A DNA stretch of 64,000 bases from a virus, in the IMG/VR virus record IMGVR_UViG_3300028416_000485; one strand, given 5' to 3'. Made by a program: the position numbers and the translations under genes. Below are positions 47,801 to 54,730 of this stretch, in pieces. Within the stretch, counting starts at the first letter, position 1, and every line of letters begins with the position of its first letter. The notes below the pieces were generated by a model, which made no database searches, had not been told where the DNA came from, and was given only the letters and a program-made list of their open reading frames with translations.

Positions 47801-49485
47801 CAATACATTTTTCCAGCATTTTTAACTCCGTCTTTGACTAGTACAGTTTGATCTAGAATAGGATCAGTATCGTCTGTTTCAACTAAACTTATTTGAGTAG
47901 TATTAGTATGAGTAATAAACTTAACTTTAAATATTTTATCTTTTACTAAACTGTCAGTATCTGCTGTAAACAGTATACGCATTCCTTCAACTAAATCTAT
48001 TCCATCAATGTTATATCCTACAGAACCTTCTATTGTACTGAATACATCTTTTGTAAATGTATCAACTAAATCAACATTAAGTTTAGCTTCATTACCGTGA
48101 TTCCACAAACGTAAATTTGGTTCAAACTCGATGATAGGACGTTTAGCTCTTGCTGTTTGATCTAACTCAATTGCCTGATTGTTAATATTTGCACTTTTTT
48201 CAATAACCGATTTGTGGAACCAACGATTGTATCTGGCCCATGCATTTCTACTAGTGTCTCTTCTGTTTATACAAATATAATCTTTAGTTCCTGCGTAACT
48301 TCTAGCATTACTCCAAGGAACACGGTCAAATCCGTTTACATCAAAAGGTATTTGTGTATCCTGTGTAAATATAGCCGGAACTTCAAGGTCGCTAACTGGA
48401 ACTAGTTTAATAGATTTGCCTACACCTTCGACATAGTATAGACCTTGTGCATATGTTGCTGGCGTTACATTGCCTTGAAAATATACTTTCATACCATTTG
48501 ACATATTCCAACCATCAATAGTTGTGTATGTTTTCTTGCCTACTATTTCGTCGCCTACATTTATGTCGCTGTTTTCTTCTATGTCAAAAACATTAAATGC
48601 ACCACTGTTGTCAATGTCGTTTTGACTAACATAATACAGATTTTCAGGAGCGTCACCCGGTACTGTAAATTCAATGACGCCATTTTCAATAAATCCATCT
48701 TCTAAGTAATCTTGTGGATTTACTAATGTGTCGTCTACGTTTTCATGTGTTAGTACAATACCTTCTCGATACAACGTGCTAACTAATGTACTATCAGGTG
48801 AATACTCAACTTTTTTCTGTCTGCTTGTTGCAAAACTAATAGGGTGTCCAGGAACATTAACTTCAAATCTGTATGTTTGTCCTCTAAACAATCTTATGCT
48901 TTTATTACGTGTTACTCCATCAGGAGAAAATACATAAGCTGTATTATCATCATCAACTACAGTTTCAATAGTAAAAGTGCTGACTACTTCTCTGCCTTGT
49001 CCTCTTATAGGAACTTCTTGTGGACCATTTGGTAACCAATAGTATTCTCTAAAGTTAGTAAACTTATCAAAATCAATATGTGGGTTCCAAGCATAAAACT
49101 CTTGGGCAAAAAGTTTATCTTGGTTTTTAATAGAACCACCAAAGGCACTTATTTGTCCTAATATATCAACATAGTCGGCATCAAACTCTACATTTCCAAG
49201 ATTGTCCTGCACAATAGCAAAAGGTTCTAACTGATAGTTTTCTCTATTAGAATTGATGTCACTAATATAACTATCTTTAGTAGTAACTGCTTTGGCAACT
49301 CTACTTCCAACAAACCCATTAATCTTTTCAACAACACCTGGATTAGTTAACTGATCAACTGTACTACCTAAAAACTTTTTATTTGGATTAGTTCTAAAAT
49401 ATCTCGGAAGTAATGAAGCAGAAGTTCTTTTTGAGTCCGAACTTCCTGGTACAGGGTATTCGTTTTGATCGTCATTGTATGCCAT
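35863..49485 (-). CDS. Giant (4540 aa) baseplate wedge/structural protein
   Basis: Uninterrupted ORF coupled to the gp6-like gene (gp7 position); FG-GAP-like repeats, W....Y..G..V.Y modules, GSGY-type repeats. Confidence 0.75.
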   Translation of the reverse strand: MAYNDDQNEYPVPGSSDSKRTSASLLPRYFRTNPNKKFLGSTVDQLTNPGVVEKINGFVGSRVAKAVTTKDSYISDINSNRENYQLEPFAIVQDNLGNVEFDADYVDILGQISAFGGSIKNQDKLFAQEFYAWNPHIDFDKFTNFREYYWLPNGPQEVPIRGQGREVVSTFTIETVVDDDNTAYVFSPDGVTRNKSIRLFRGQTYRFEVNVPGHPISFATSRQKKVEYSPDSTLVSTLYREGIVLTHENVDDTLVNPQDYLEDGFIENGVIEFTVPGDAPENLYYVSQNDIDNSGAFNVFDIEENSDINVGDEIVGKKTYTTIDGWNMSNGMKVYFQGNVTPATYAQGLYYVEGVGKSIKLVPVSDLEVPAIFTQDTQIPFDVNGFDRVPWSNARSYAGTKDYICINRRDTSRNAWARYNRWFHKSVIEKSANINNQAIELDQTARAKRPIIEFEPNLRLWNHGNEAKLNVDLVDTFTKDVFSTIEGSVGYNIDGIDLVEGMRILFTADTDSLVKDKIFKVKFITHTNTTQISLVETDDTDPILDQTVLVKDGVKNAGKMYWYNATGWQPAQDKTGLNQAPKFDLFDSSGNSLGDNTVYDSTDFAGNRLFTYRVGEGANDTELGFPLTYKNFVNIGDIVFDFSLLAEDYKYKVNSIFKTISSDVFFLQEYNNQVISYTNAWKKANIKSSQYVIQKYTGEEYTNRFPINVYNNSADLTDLEIKVYVNNSYKSDYQTVNENKTTKVILPDDIGFTDIVVIKTKSSADKNNNGYYEIPHNFERNPSNKNITDFTLGEVNDHVEGLVSEVATFAGIQPGINNLRDLGPVAEYGRKFVQHSGPLNLSLYHLVNKSSNVVAAIRYALNEYTKFKRQFVQTATETSFNGTVKEYVDFIFNEINNTKTTSTPFYSTDMAATGGSKKIEYEILDSRLTVYSLSTVFDKSAISNKALYIYLNDQQLVFNKDYTFTGTGFVDISATLTDGDILTIHEYDNTEGSFIPPTPTKIGMFPAYVPELFVDSSYQTPQTVIRGHDGSITLAYNDYRDDLILEMEKRIFNNLKVDYNPDIFDINDIVGGADRNTKISSQEINNIIIKDFIDWTDVAKISDYTKNNFIVQGDSFTYNYTGSTNDRNEAVPGFWRGIYRQAFDTDRPHTHPWEMLGYGIQPAWWENVYGPAPYTSNNLILWTDLQNGVIREPGKTILRNKKYIRHNLLKHIPVNENGQLISPLESGYVSNFSYAPQSQNLFEFGDEAPTETAWRRSSGYPFSLMIAALIVRPAHTMGVGFDRSRTQRDIAGNLIYTATNKRINTTDLIFPKIENAVSAGFLNYISEYINADSLYPYTTYTNNLKLLDNKIGFKLAGFAEKNKLKLVLDSKTPLNKGNIFVPDENYNIVLRTSSPQIVATYSGVIIERTQSGYRINGYDKDTPYFKYNIPRESANDPFVNVGGISEAYITWTENKFLVAGKLVEYNDRYYRVNANHTTTTDFDLSLYTPLPSLPENGGRGAYFRKSFTNEISTLDYGTILNDEQQVVNFLLGYQKYLKDIGFKFEYFNKTTETVENWQLASKEFLFWITQNWANTSTITLSPLANQIEFEKEFYVVDNVHNNLYGFAVLNENGNVVSKNRSSIYRDNSNKFSLTSNEEGIYLIKLPLIQKEHLVLIDNTTVFNDTIYVPETGYRQERLKVVGYRTDEWNGSLNIPGFIYDDAKVTEWTSYKDYKTAELVKYKEFYYAARFTHSGTQEFVNGNWSRLDSKPTSELKPNWDYRANQFADFYDLDTDNFDSEQQRLAQHLIGYQKREYLANIIQDDVSQYKFYQGFIQDKGTSNAITKLFDKLGSANTDSVELYEEWAIRVGRYGATTSYDEVEFKLDESQFRIEPQLIEFVETVDSIRTDLVYQYPRKDVYLSPDDYAHTSLPLTTNSTEYTKTAGYVKLDQVNFLTTTKNDMLVLDIDSVDIGSYIWVPKDAQSWNVYKHIVSPISIESIEKTTLGFKANFSKPITFVEGDIVGFNNINNEVNGFWIVQNIGYTDIEIQLDNPITEDFIDLADSTLGIVSELSSRRVSTPADINNITKLYDLDDDDRVWVDNTGNGTFGVYDSSIIRSFKQSITAPEIDNREFGSAVSVSNNNTTLAVGTPDKDDGKVYVYTRGSEASEFKLKQTLEPLSNHHDGGAFGTSVEITDNGQYLYVGAPTAANVKTRYRGIFTEGESYLAGDYVSQRGAIWRALVNVTAESSTINLLSQDWEISELIVTDTSGTSLGYANQGVVYIYKRLIDQSFDLVDIILSPDPTENEQFGIAIKSASPSDFQHNTVIRSLRDNGRVYFVNNKGQDAVTSYAYSRDTNYKGEWESIAKYIPNNIVYYEGELRQANTTVLAGNPFDNSQWDVLDTYVDYLGYVPDSSEETAPALNDSSDFLNALGIGTTYDISKNGEVLALGGIQNGGEYRIAIYRKTNGRFVFDENINPATENEAFGTTLSLNDDGSKIAIGAQLSNINGIYNGAVYVYKLTNEAYVQDQILLAPNGEKTERFGTNVSFNSNKLAVTSRNGDTAAYVTFDQELTEFDNKATNIFDKIKDNGQVYVYETLNNKLVYAEKLYSQVDISDSSNILSVLNRNHLYVISIGTTVDDKTGLIQDHRTDLNATAWNINSQGDSYVDIDKIKGVWLYDTNTNDLITYLDYIDPIAGRIAGPAEQELSYKTYYDPAVYNVGTRDTGVSDLWGKQQVGKLWWNLDAIKWYNPYQGSIQYKSNTWNQIIPGFSVDVYEWVESDLLPSEWDQIADTTEGLASSISGTSLYSDDSYVRARVYDSVANVFAPKYYFWVKNKNTLPTTYGRKISSFDVANLIADPAGQGYRHVTLLDGKKFALHNIKNLVKDKDTILHVDYYVQDNAENRNIHSEYALVVEGLASSKPNNDIVDKWVDSLAGYDRNGRVLPDLNISVAQRYGILNNPNQTIFVNRQEALKQVVERVNGVLSQYTIVDDFDISPLFQTETPPSKFSNEWDTQIDSESLLRFVGTAKIKQATLTPIIVDGTITGATITQSGRGYVDSNYTTGKRHGPTVTVEGQGSGAELKTYINNLGQVIEVEVVDGGKNYLNDTTLIVRPFSVLVTTDSEVGGLWAVYNWMSSTQEWFRNYIQSYDVNKYWRYVDWYSTGYNEVTSIDFVIDGSYALEALDDKLGNTVKIENIGSGGWILLEKIDNQVEVDYTINYKVVGRQNGTIEFSNTLYQNDAVGFDNIIYDISLYDSEPTDEIKIILYALRDNLFVDQLEVEWNKLFFSSIRYAMSEQVDLDWIFKSSFVVAKHNVGELTQKVTYQNDNLPNYQDYIEEVKPYSTKIREYISSYGRTEPTQTSVTDFDLPPRYDAERGQIISETIKFFNNGITGINDTTTTYPQKHWLDNVGFEITEFVVYTGGSGYTDTANVTVSGGGGPTLEGLAYIGGGSIQYIEVNTTGAKYFTTPTVTINGSLTEDGVDAVVYAQIGNSVIRSTHMLMKFDRVVGAYYFTTLDETETFVGNGGLTDFSLKWPLSTNSADISITVAGEPQLLSDFVSSNVIDTTKTFDRFRGKITFANAPANNAQIVINYKKSSSLLTAEDRINFFYKPTTNMPGKELSQLMDGVDYGGVQMDSIGFGENTGFDANGFGIDFDTFDTNYEDEIITLDGSTQIITLSSVLDSGVTYNVYLNNVRIDDPAYDGVSVTANPNAKMVSPQGDNITNTIFLDSDVIETKDGDIVIIRKSTSDGSFTPESTAFDVSLQGGNFEYTTATGIDSGDIVVDGDGFVTETNSKGPEEQVPGQVLDTVDIQVYNRSSDGQGVISVRNYITDGTTIEWEFDSFPQSNTTLIVKVDSDIIDNNDLNVDYENKVISLNDSTALDAGKNLSILSIGTNGVDLLDSDNIVSTGDTFIYDLPITWKTGLSSFVTINGVLQNDTTDYGLTESDNNTAQLEFPIKITAGKIIGYTIYDGNVNQYSQMVIDNTFATDGQNKVHRFTNDVALPIINKPLAHNILVKRGDGRFLNAGYRKKYTIDSNRSYDIDRWQFEDTTAVRNTDVILYINGSIVNVLDYYYDTANGRVELLNNNVGLIGDTLEIFIIRDAEYYFINTTVEIQNGTAVNDPVVGQDISFELADDSTTVIACVEKFSRSGSTLLIELQGYIRELFQLKSIDDTPEIVASWENDSTKAVIGDITLIETDILSLTEAPADWETIDIYVFSNHDINGFERNTYDIVWNTNQAPAGTQFYIDKNLLSRGFIKLEKPALSANFVWVFKNGILLSPQNDYSLDASGTGVQLYSKVTSNDKVEVLQFTGLTSNPKFGYRIFKDMLNRFHFKRLNKDNEYELQQPLNYYDSNIQLVDSTGIQEPNKALGVPGVVWIDKERIEYFSVDGNLLRQIRRGTLGTGIKEQYSTATKVQGQGIEENIPYKDETSKTMFVGDASTKEFILDFVPTSINEIDVFLAGARLRKDNIITFDKTVDQDSPEADVTIDPEYTIENISTESGTVTVLTLADYIDPPADGTFIEVVRRTGRIWNDTGKTLADSENQIARFITDKTISLPR

Positions 49486-52400
49486 TAGTAATCATTTCCT
49501 TCAGTAATGGTAGTTGTCGAAGTTGTTGCACTTTGAACACCTGTATTTAAAACTTCGTTACTTGTAATAACATTTGCAGTTGCTTTAAGTCTTGATGCAG
49601 TAATACTATCAATAACTTCAATATCACTAACACTTGCACTACTAATCAATATTTCGTCATTTTCGCTTTTTAGTTCATACATACTACCAAACGACTGTGT
49701 TTCGCTTTTTGGTACTAGAACAATACTACTTATATCGGGCGCAACTTGCTTCATAATATATGCTGCTAGTTCACTAAAATAAAACGTTTCTCCAAAGTCC
49801 CAGTTTTCTAAAGCAAAAAATTCATTAATACTATCTACAACTCTTGATTTTATATCATTATCGTTTACAACACGATTTGTATTTTTTACTATTTTAAATG
49901 TTGCTTGCACATCGGTATCGCTTTCTGAACCAAATAAAGATTTATATTTTACAGGATGATATATTACTTCATCACTGATTGATTTAATCTTTTTAATATC
50001 TTTACCAAAATCTAAAAACAACGAGTCGCTGCTAGGTGGTAAAGGTTTTGTTGTAATATCGCCCCTAAGATATCTTCTATATTCAACATCATATGATTTT
50101 GTTAAAATATATAAGTCAACAATATTACTACTACTTGGATCAATACGTCGATTTTCAGCAGCAGCATGTTTGTAATCAAATCTAATATTGTCTCTACCTT
50201 TATATGCTTTGTAATCAATGCATAGTTCTAATCCTGTTTGTAATGAATTAAACTTTTTAAATACATTAGTGCTACTAATATAAAATATTGTTTTTGCATC
50301 ATAAGAACTATATGCGCCAATTGCTGCTTCAGTTTGTTTTACTACAATATATTCAGCTGCGGCGTTAACGTATTCGTAAGTTTCTACATCATTTTTTTCA
50401 AACTTTTTAGAAAATATATATTTTGTATCTGGCAAGTAATTAGGTGCAACAATATTTGTAAATAAATCTGGATCGTCGATCACGCCATCTGCATCACTGT
50501 CGGTAAATCCTACTTCTAGTTTTTTACTATCTATATACCCATCAACACTACGATACTCTTTAACAACTTGCCATTTCCAGTCTTGATTAAACGGCGTTAG
50601 TATATCAGGTTTATTATTATTACTTAAAACGCTAATACTATCAGTAATAATTTTACCAACTTTACTATCATATATACGATCATTGCCGTCAAAGTAAAAA
50701 CGTATTTGTTTATCACTTTCAAATACATATCTTACAGCACGACTAGTTACTGTGTATTTTTCTCCGTCTGTTTCAAACAAGAAAAGCCAACTAGCATCTT
50801 GATTTGTGCCTGTAGCATCTCCAGTTTTTCCTGTATCAAACTCACTAGTTGTATCAAGATTACTGTTTGTAATAACCTTCCAGTTAGTTGTTTCAACATC
50901 ATATCGTAGTCCAAATGTTTTGAATGCAAATACTTGATCAACCATTTGTGATAATGTATCATTTACAATGATATTATTTAATACCGGAATGATTTCTGAA
51001 AGTTTGCTAGTCGAAGGCACTTCGTCGTTGAGTATAATAGGACCTAATGTACTATTGATATCACCTATTGTTCCGTTTTCATATACACTTATAATTTTAG
51101 TCCATATATATTCTTTGTCACCTAGTGTAGATACTTCGCCCAACACTAGATTGTTATCTTTATCATAATGATATCCAGTTGGAGGCGTAAACTTAACTAA
51201 ACTTCCAGCAGCAGCAAACTTCATTGTTGTAGCTGTAAAACTCGATACTGCAACTGGTACAGAAAACTGATCTTGAAATATTCCACTACTTTGATTTGTT
51301 TCGTTTGTTGTAGCATTCCATGTATAGTTTAAATCAGCAATACTTGCATTTCTACTAAAGTTTTTGTAATAAAAGTTTTTAGTTTGTGTGTTTTTTATTA
51401 TTTCTAAAACTTGATTATTAATAACTGCCTCAATATCTGTTTTTGAAACAAAGTTAAAAGTAAATTTATTTTTTAAATCTTCTGTAAAAATACTTCCGTC
51501 ATCTCCAAACATTAATGTGTTGCTGTATTTGCCAGTTGCATCACGCAAATCATAGTATCTACTAATACCGCTACTTGTTCTATTAATACTTTTTGTTTTA
51601 ATAATCTGCTGACTTACTCCTAGAGGACCAATATTGTAATCTTCGCCTGTAATCAAACGATTTTGTGTGTAATATGTACTAGGTGCATTTGTTTGAATGC
51701 TTTCATTCGATTCTGATTCGTCAGCATTTGAAACAACTGATTGTAATTCTAGCACAATATTAAGTGTTTCTGCTGAGTTATTTTTACTAATATAAGGAAC
51801 TTGTATTTGTATTCCTGTCATATCAGCTGGATTTATATTAAACTGTTCATTTGCTGATGTTCTATAATAAACTTTAAAATCACCCTTTGGTAATGTTCCA
51901 AAAGTTCCGTCACTAAACACAAGACTTATTCGATCGCTTACACGACTTAGAACACTATACAAGTCACGAACACCTTTAGTAACACTGTTATACACAATAT
52001 TATTACCTTCTGTGTTTTCAACTTTTTGCCATAGTGATTCTTCATTTCCGTTGCTGTCTAACTTGTAAAGCCAAACATCACTGTTGTTGATGTTATCGCT
52101 GTCAATATTTACAGTTGTATTTGGAACAGGATTCATTACAGAAAATGTATTTTCTTGTAAACTACCTTGTCTAAAGTGCATAAAAAATCCACTGTTCGAA
52201 CTTCCTGCACCTTGTCCGTTATCTCTATATAAAAATCCTAGTTTATTTCCAGGAAATGGTTCTTCTTCGTATATTGTTGTATTATCTGTATTAATACCAG
52301 TACTAACAATTTCAAACTTGCGAGATGCATCGTCTATATTTTTTGTAAAACTGTATATAGGCAATCCTGTATTACTTGCGCTGAATCGATATTGTTCAGT

Positions 52401-52949
52401 TGCTACACCATTTACAATGGCTTTTTTAATAGGACGGCCAAATGTAGAGTTTGCTGGCAACGAAGCATTCATAATCTTAATAAACTGTTCATACCAATCA
52501 GAGTTAGTAGGATCGTTCCATATAATAGTTTGATTAGATAGATTGTTGTTGTTGGCATCAATAACATCTTCGGTGGTACTAACACTTTCTATTTTTAGTA
52601 ACCCGTTTGCTGGAATATTTCTATTTGCATTATAACTAATAAGTCTTGCTAAACGGAGAATACTCTCTCTACGATCAGCAGTTTCAATAAAATTTTCTCT
52701 AGCATTTAAGTCTGTACGGAAAGCAAGGTTTTGGCCTAAAAATGCAATAAGGTCGATAAGTGCAAGATACTCACTGGACTCTATGTAGTCGTTAAAGTCT
52801 TCAGGATAGTTTTCACGAATATATGTAATCATAGTTCTGCGAAGATTATCAAAGTCGTAACTTTGGAAATCTGCGTATCTAAAACTTTGATATATTGTTT
52901 TCCAGTCTTCTGCTAGTAGAAGTCTATTTTGCCTATCGGTCGTTGACAT
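49485..52949 (-). CDS. gp6: Baseplate wedge protein, gp6-like
   Basis: DFDNLR..MI.Y....F.DY.ESS....LID..A....RENF..TA..RESI..LA..ISY; TQNRLITGEDY; follows gp25. Confidence 0.8.
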   Translation of the reverse strand: MSTTDRQNRLLLAEDWKTIYQSFRYADFQSYDFDNLRRTMITYIRENYPEDFNDYIESSEYLALIDLIAFLGQNLAFRTDLNARENFIETADRRESILRLARLISYNANRNIPANGLLKIESVSTTEDVIDANNNNLSNQTIIWNDPTNSDWYEQFIKIMNASLPANSTFGRPIKKAIVNGVATEQYRFSASNTGLPIYSFTKNIDDASRKFEIVSTGINTDNTTIYEEEPFPGNKLGFLYRDNGQGAGSSNSGFFMHFRQGSLQENTFSVMNPVPNTTVNIDSDNINNSDVWLYKLDSNGNEESLWQKVENTEGNNIVYNSVTKGVRDLYSVLSRVSDRISLVFSDGTFGTLPKGDFKVYYRTSANEQFNINPADMTGIQIQVPYISKNNSAETLNIVLELQSVVSNADESESNESIQTNAPSTYYTQNRLITGEDYNIGPLGVSQQIIKTKSINRTSSGISRYYDLRDATGKYSNTLMFGDDGSIFTEDLKNKFTFNFVSKTDIEAVINNQVLEIIKNTQTKNFYYKNFSRNASIADLNYTWNATTNETNQSSGIFQDQFSVPVAVSSFTATTMKFAAAGSLVKFTPPTGYHYDKDNNLVLGEVSTLGDKEYIWTKIISVYENGTIGDINSTLGPIILNDEVPSTSKLSEIIPVLNNIIVNDTLSQMVDQVFAFKTFGLRYDVETTNWKVITNSNLDTTSEFDTGKTGDATGTNQDASWLFLFETDGEKYTVTSRAVRYVFESDKQIRFYFDGNDRIYDSKVGKIITDSISVLSNNNKPDILTPFNQDWKWQVVKEYRSVDGYIDSKKLEVGFTDSDADGVIDDPDLFTNIVAPNYLPDTKYIFSKKFEKNDVETYEYVNAAAEYIVVKQTEAAIGAYSSYDAKTIFYISSTNVFKKFNSLQTGLELCIDYKAYKGRDNIRFDYKHAAAENRRIDPSSSNIVDLYILTKSYDVEYRRYLRGDITTKPLPPSSDSLFLDFGKDIKKIKSISDEVIYHPVKYKSLFGSESDTDVQATFKIVKNTNRVVNDNDIKSRVVDSINEFFALENWDFGETFYFSELAAYIMKQVAPDISSIVLVPKSETQSFGSMYELKSENDEILISSASVSDIEVIDSITASRLKATANVITSNEVLNTGVQSATTSTTTITEGNDY

Positions 52950-52972
52950 TCGCTGTTCCTCACTTTATAGTA

Positions 52973-52978
52973 TATTTA
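52973..52978 (-). promoter_or_regulatory. Late promoter motif TAAATA
   Basis: GGTAAATAT in the intergenic gap, upstream of SD GAGGA. Confidence 0.55.
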
Positions 52979-53001
52979 CCTGAAGTAAAAAACTGCGTAC
53001 T

Positions 53002-53439
53002 TTAAATTAATCCGTTGTCTTGATCAAACTTTATACGCATACTTTCGCTGATGCTATAAGGAATATAAGTTAGAGAACAATCAATCTGTATGCCACTTTC
53101 GTAACTATCAACGATTACACTGTCAACATTAACTCGTGGGTCAAAGTTGACTATCTCTGTTACGTCTTCAATGATAAGCTGTTTTAGGTCATCAGTAAAT
53201 GGTTCAAATAATATATCCCATATGATAGTTCCAAACTCTGGATTTTCAAGTTTTTCGCCTTGACGAATGTGAAAATGATTTATAATATCTTGTTTAATTA
53301 TACTAATATCGTATAAGTTAAATCCTTTAGGATTAGCTACTGTGCTAACTCCTCTGTATTGTTTAGAAACTACAGGAGGGTTATCAATGTCATTTGATAC
53401 TGTTACATTTTTGTATAAAGGTTTTTCATTTGTGGCCAT
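53002..53439 (-). CDS. gp25: Baseplate wedge subunit gp25
   Basis: IKQDIINHF..RQGEKLENPEFGT.IWD.LFEP..DPRV signature. Confidence 0.88.
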   Translation of the reverse strand: MATNEKPLYKNVTVSNDIDNPPVVSKQYRGVSTVANPKGFNLYDISIIKQDIINHFHIRQGEKLENPEFGTIIWDILFEPFTDDLKQLIIEDVTEIVNFDPRVNVDSVIVDSYESGIQIDCSLTYIPYSISESMRIKFDQDNGLI

Positions 53440-53443
53440 AACG

Positions 53444-53449
53444 TATTTA
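53444..53449 (-). promoter_or_regulatory. Late promoter motif TAAATA, 4 nt before the gp25 ATG
   Basis: GATAAATACGTTATG. Confidence 0.55.
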
Positions 53450-54706
53450 TCCTACTGTCATATAGTTAAATGCGGCTTGACTTTCGGCGGGTAATTTTAA
53501 TAGTTCGGTTGACCTGTTACTAGGATTCAACTCTACTATTCTATCAAAGTCATATGATCCTATTTTAAATACTTGTCCGTCTACTACAATGCCTAGTATT
53601 GTATCTTCTTTTGCTTTTTCTTCAACACTTACTCCAAACCCGTTGTTCTTTTTAACAAGTTTAGTTCTAAACTTTTTAGCACAACGCTTACAAGCAGTTG
53701 CCATATTTGCAAATGCAGGATCATTTGTTGTTTTAAATGTTTTTTTATCTATTTGTTTGGCTAAACTTGCCATATTATTAAGTTGTCCTACTGGATTTTC
53801 TTTGAATATAATATCTTTAGCTATTTGTTTACCTGCTTTGCTAGTAATATTTGGTTTGTTAAATATTTTTCCAACCAAGTTTGCTCCTACGTTTGCAGCA
53901 GCGCCGGACAATATATCTTGTAAGCCAGTTGGTAATCCGTTTACTGCTCCTGAAAGGTTTTTTGTAAAGTCTCCTATTCCTCTACTGAACTGATCAAACA
54001 CAGGACCTACACCTGGAATACCAGAAATAGCTGCTCCTAATCCGCTGGCTAGTTTTCCTGCCATATCTCCTAATGCACCCGATACTGCTCCAAGTGCATT
54101 TCCAATAGCGCCATCAATAGCACCTAATGCACTTCCTAATGCACCAGACAATCCTGTACTTGATAGCAAATCTCCCATTACACTAGGAAGTTTTCCTAAT
54201 AACCCACCAAGGAAAGATCCTGCTATACTACTTAATCCGCCTTGAACACCTTGTAAGAAACTATCTGCTATATATTCAACTGCATTAGTAGTTGTATCTT
54301 GTATTTCAGTTCTAACTTCTGCTGGATTAGCTGCGTTTGTGCCGCCTGCATACGTATCGACTACTACTTCTTCTCCGGCTGCATTATTTCCAGTGCGTTG
54401 TGCAGCAATTTCAGGAGTGTTTCCGGCTGCAAGAATAGCAGGACTAACAAATCCTAAATTTTCAACAAATGCTGCTGAGTTTCCTGCTAGTTTTCCTGCT
54501 AATGTTCCAAATACTGCGCCTGCGGCGCCTTGTAGTGCTCCTTCGAGATTGCCCTCGGCTATACCGCCAGCTATACCGCCAACAAGTGCTACTGTAGGCA
54601 AAGGTGCGTTAGCAATTGCCTGATTTATTCCTTGTACTCCTCGAGATATTGATTCCCTAATAATAGGATCAACTAACTGCGAGTTGTTTATTGCAAATGC
54701 TACCAT
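53447..54706 (-). CDS. Gly/Ala-rich hypothetical virion protein (glycine-zipper-like)
   Basis: Long GxxxG helices (GALGSALGAIDGAIGNALGAVSGALG); between gp5 and gp25; own late motif and SD. Confidence 0.6.
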   Translation of the reverse strand: MVAFAINNSQLVDPIIRESISRGVQGINQAIANAPLPTVALVGGIAGGIAEGNLEGALQGAAGAVFGTLAGKLAGNSAAFVENLGFVSPAILAAGNTPEIAAQRTGNNAAGEEVVVDTYAGGTNAANPAEVRTEIQDTTTNAVEYIADSFLQGVQGGLSSIAGSFLGGLLGKLPSVMGDLLSSTGLSGALGSALGAIDGAIGNALGAVSGALGDMAGKLASGLGAAISGIPGVGPVFDQFSRGIGDFTKNLSGAVNGLPTGLQDILSGAAANVGANLVGKIFNKPNITSKAGKQIAKDIIFKENPVGQLNNMASLAKQIDKKTFKTTNDPAFANMATACKRCAKKFRTKLVKKNNGFGVSVEEKAKEDTILGIVVDGQVFKIGSYDFDRIVELNPSNRSTELLKLPAESQAAFNYMTVG

Positions 54707-54722
54707 AATGCCCTCCTAGTAG

Positions 54723-54730
54723 TATTTATA
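54723..54730 (-). promoter_or_regulatory. T4-type late promoter TATAAATA
   Basis: Exact T4 late consensus upstream of SD AGGAGG. Confidence 0.7.
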
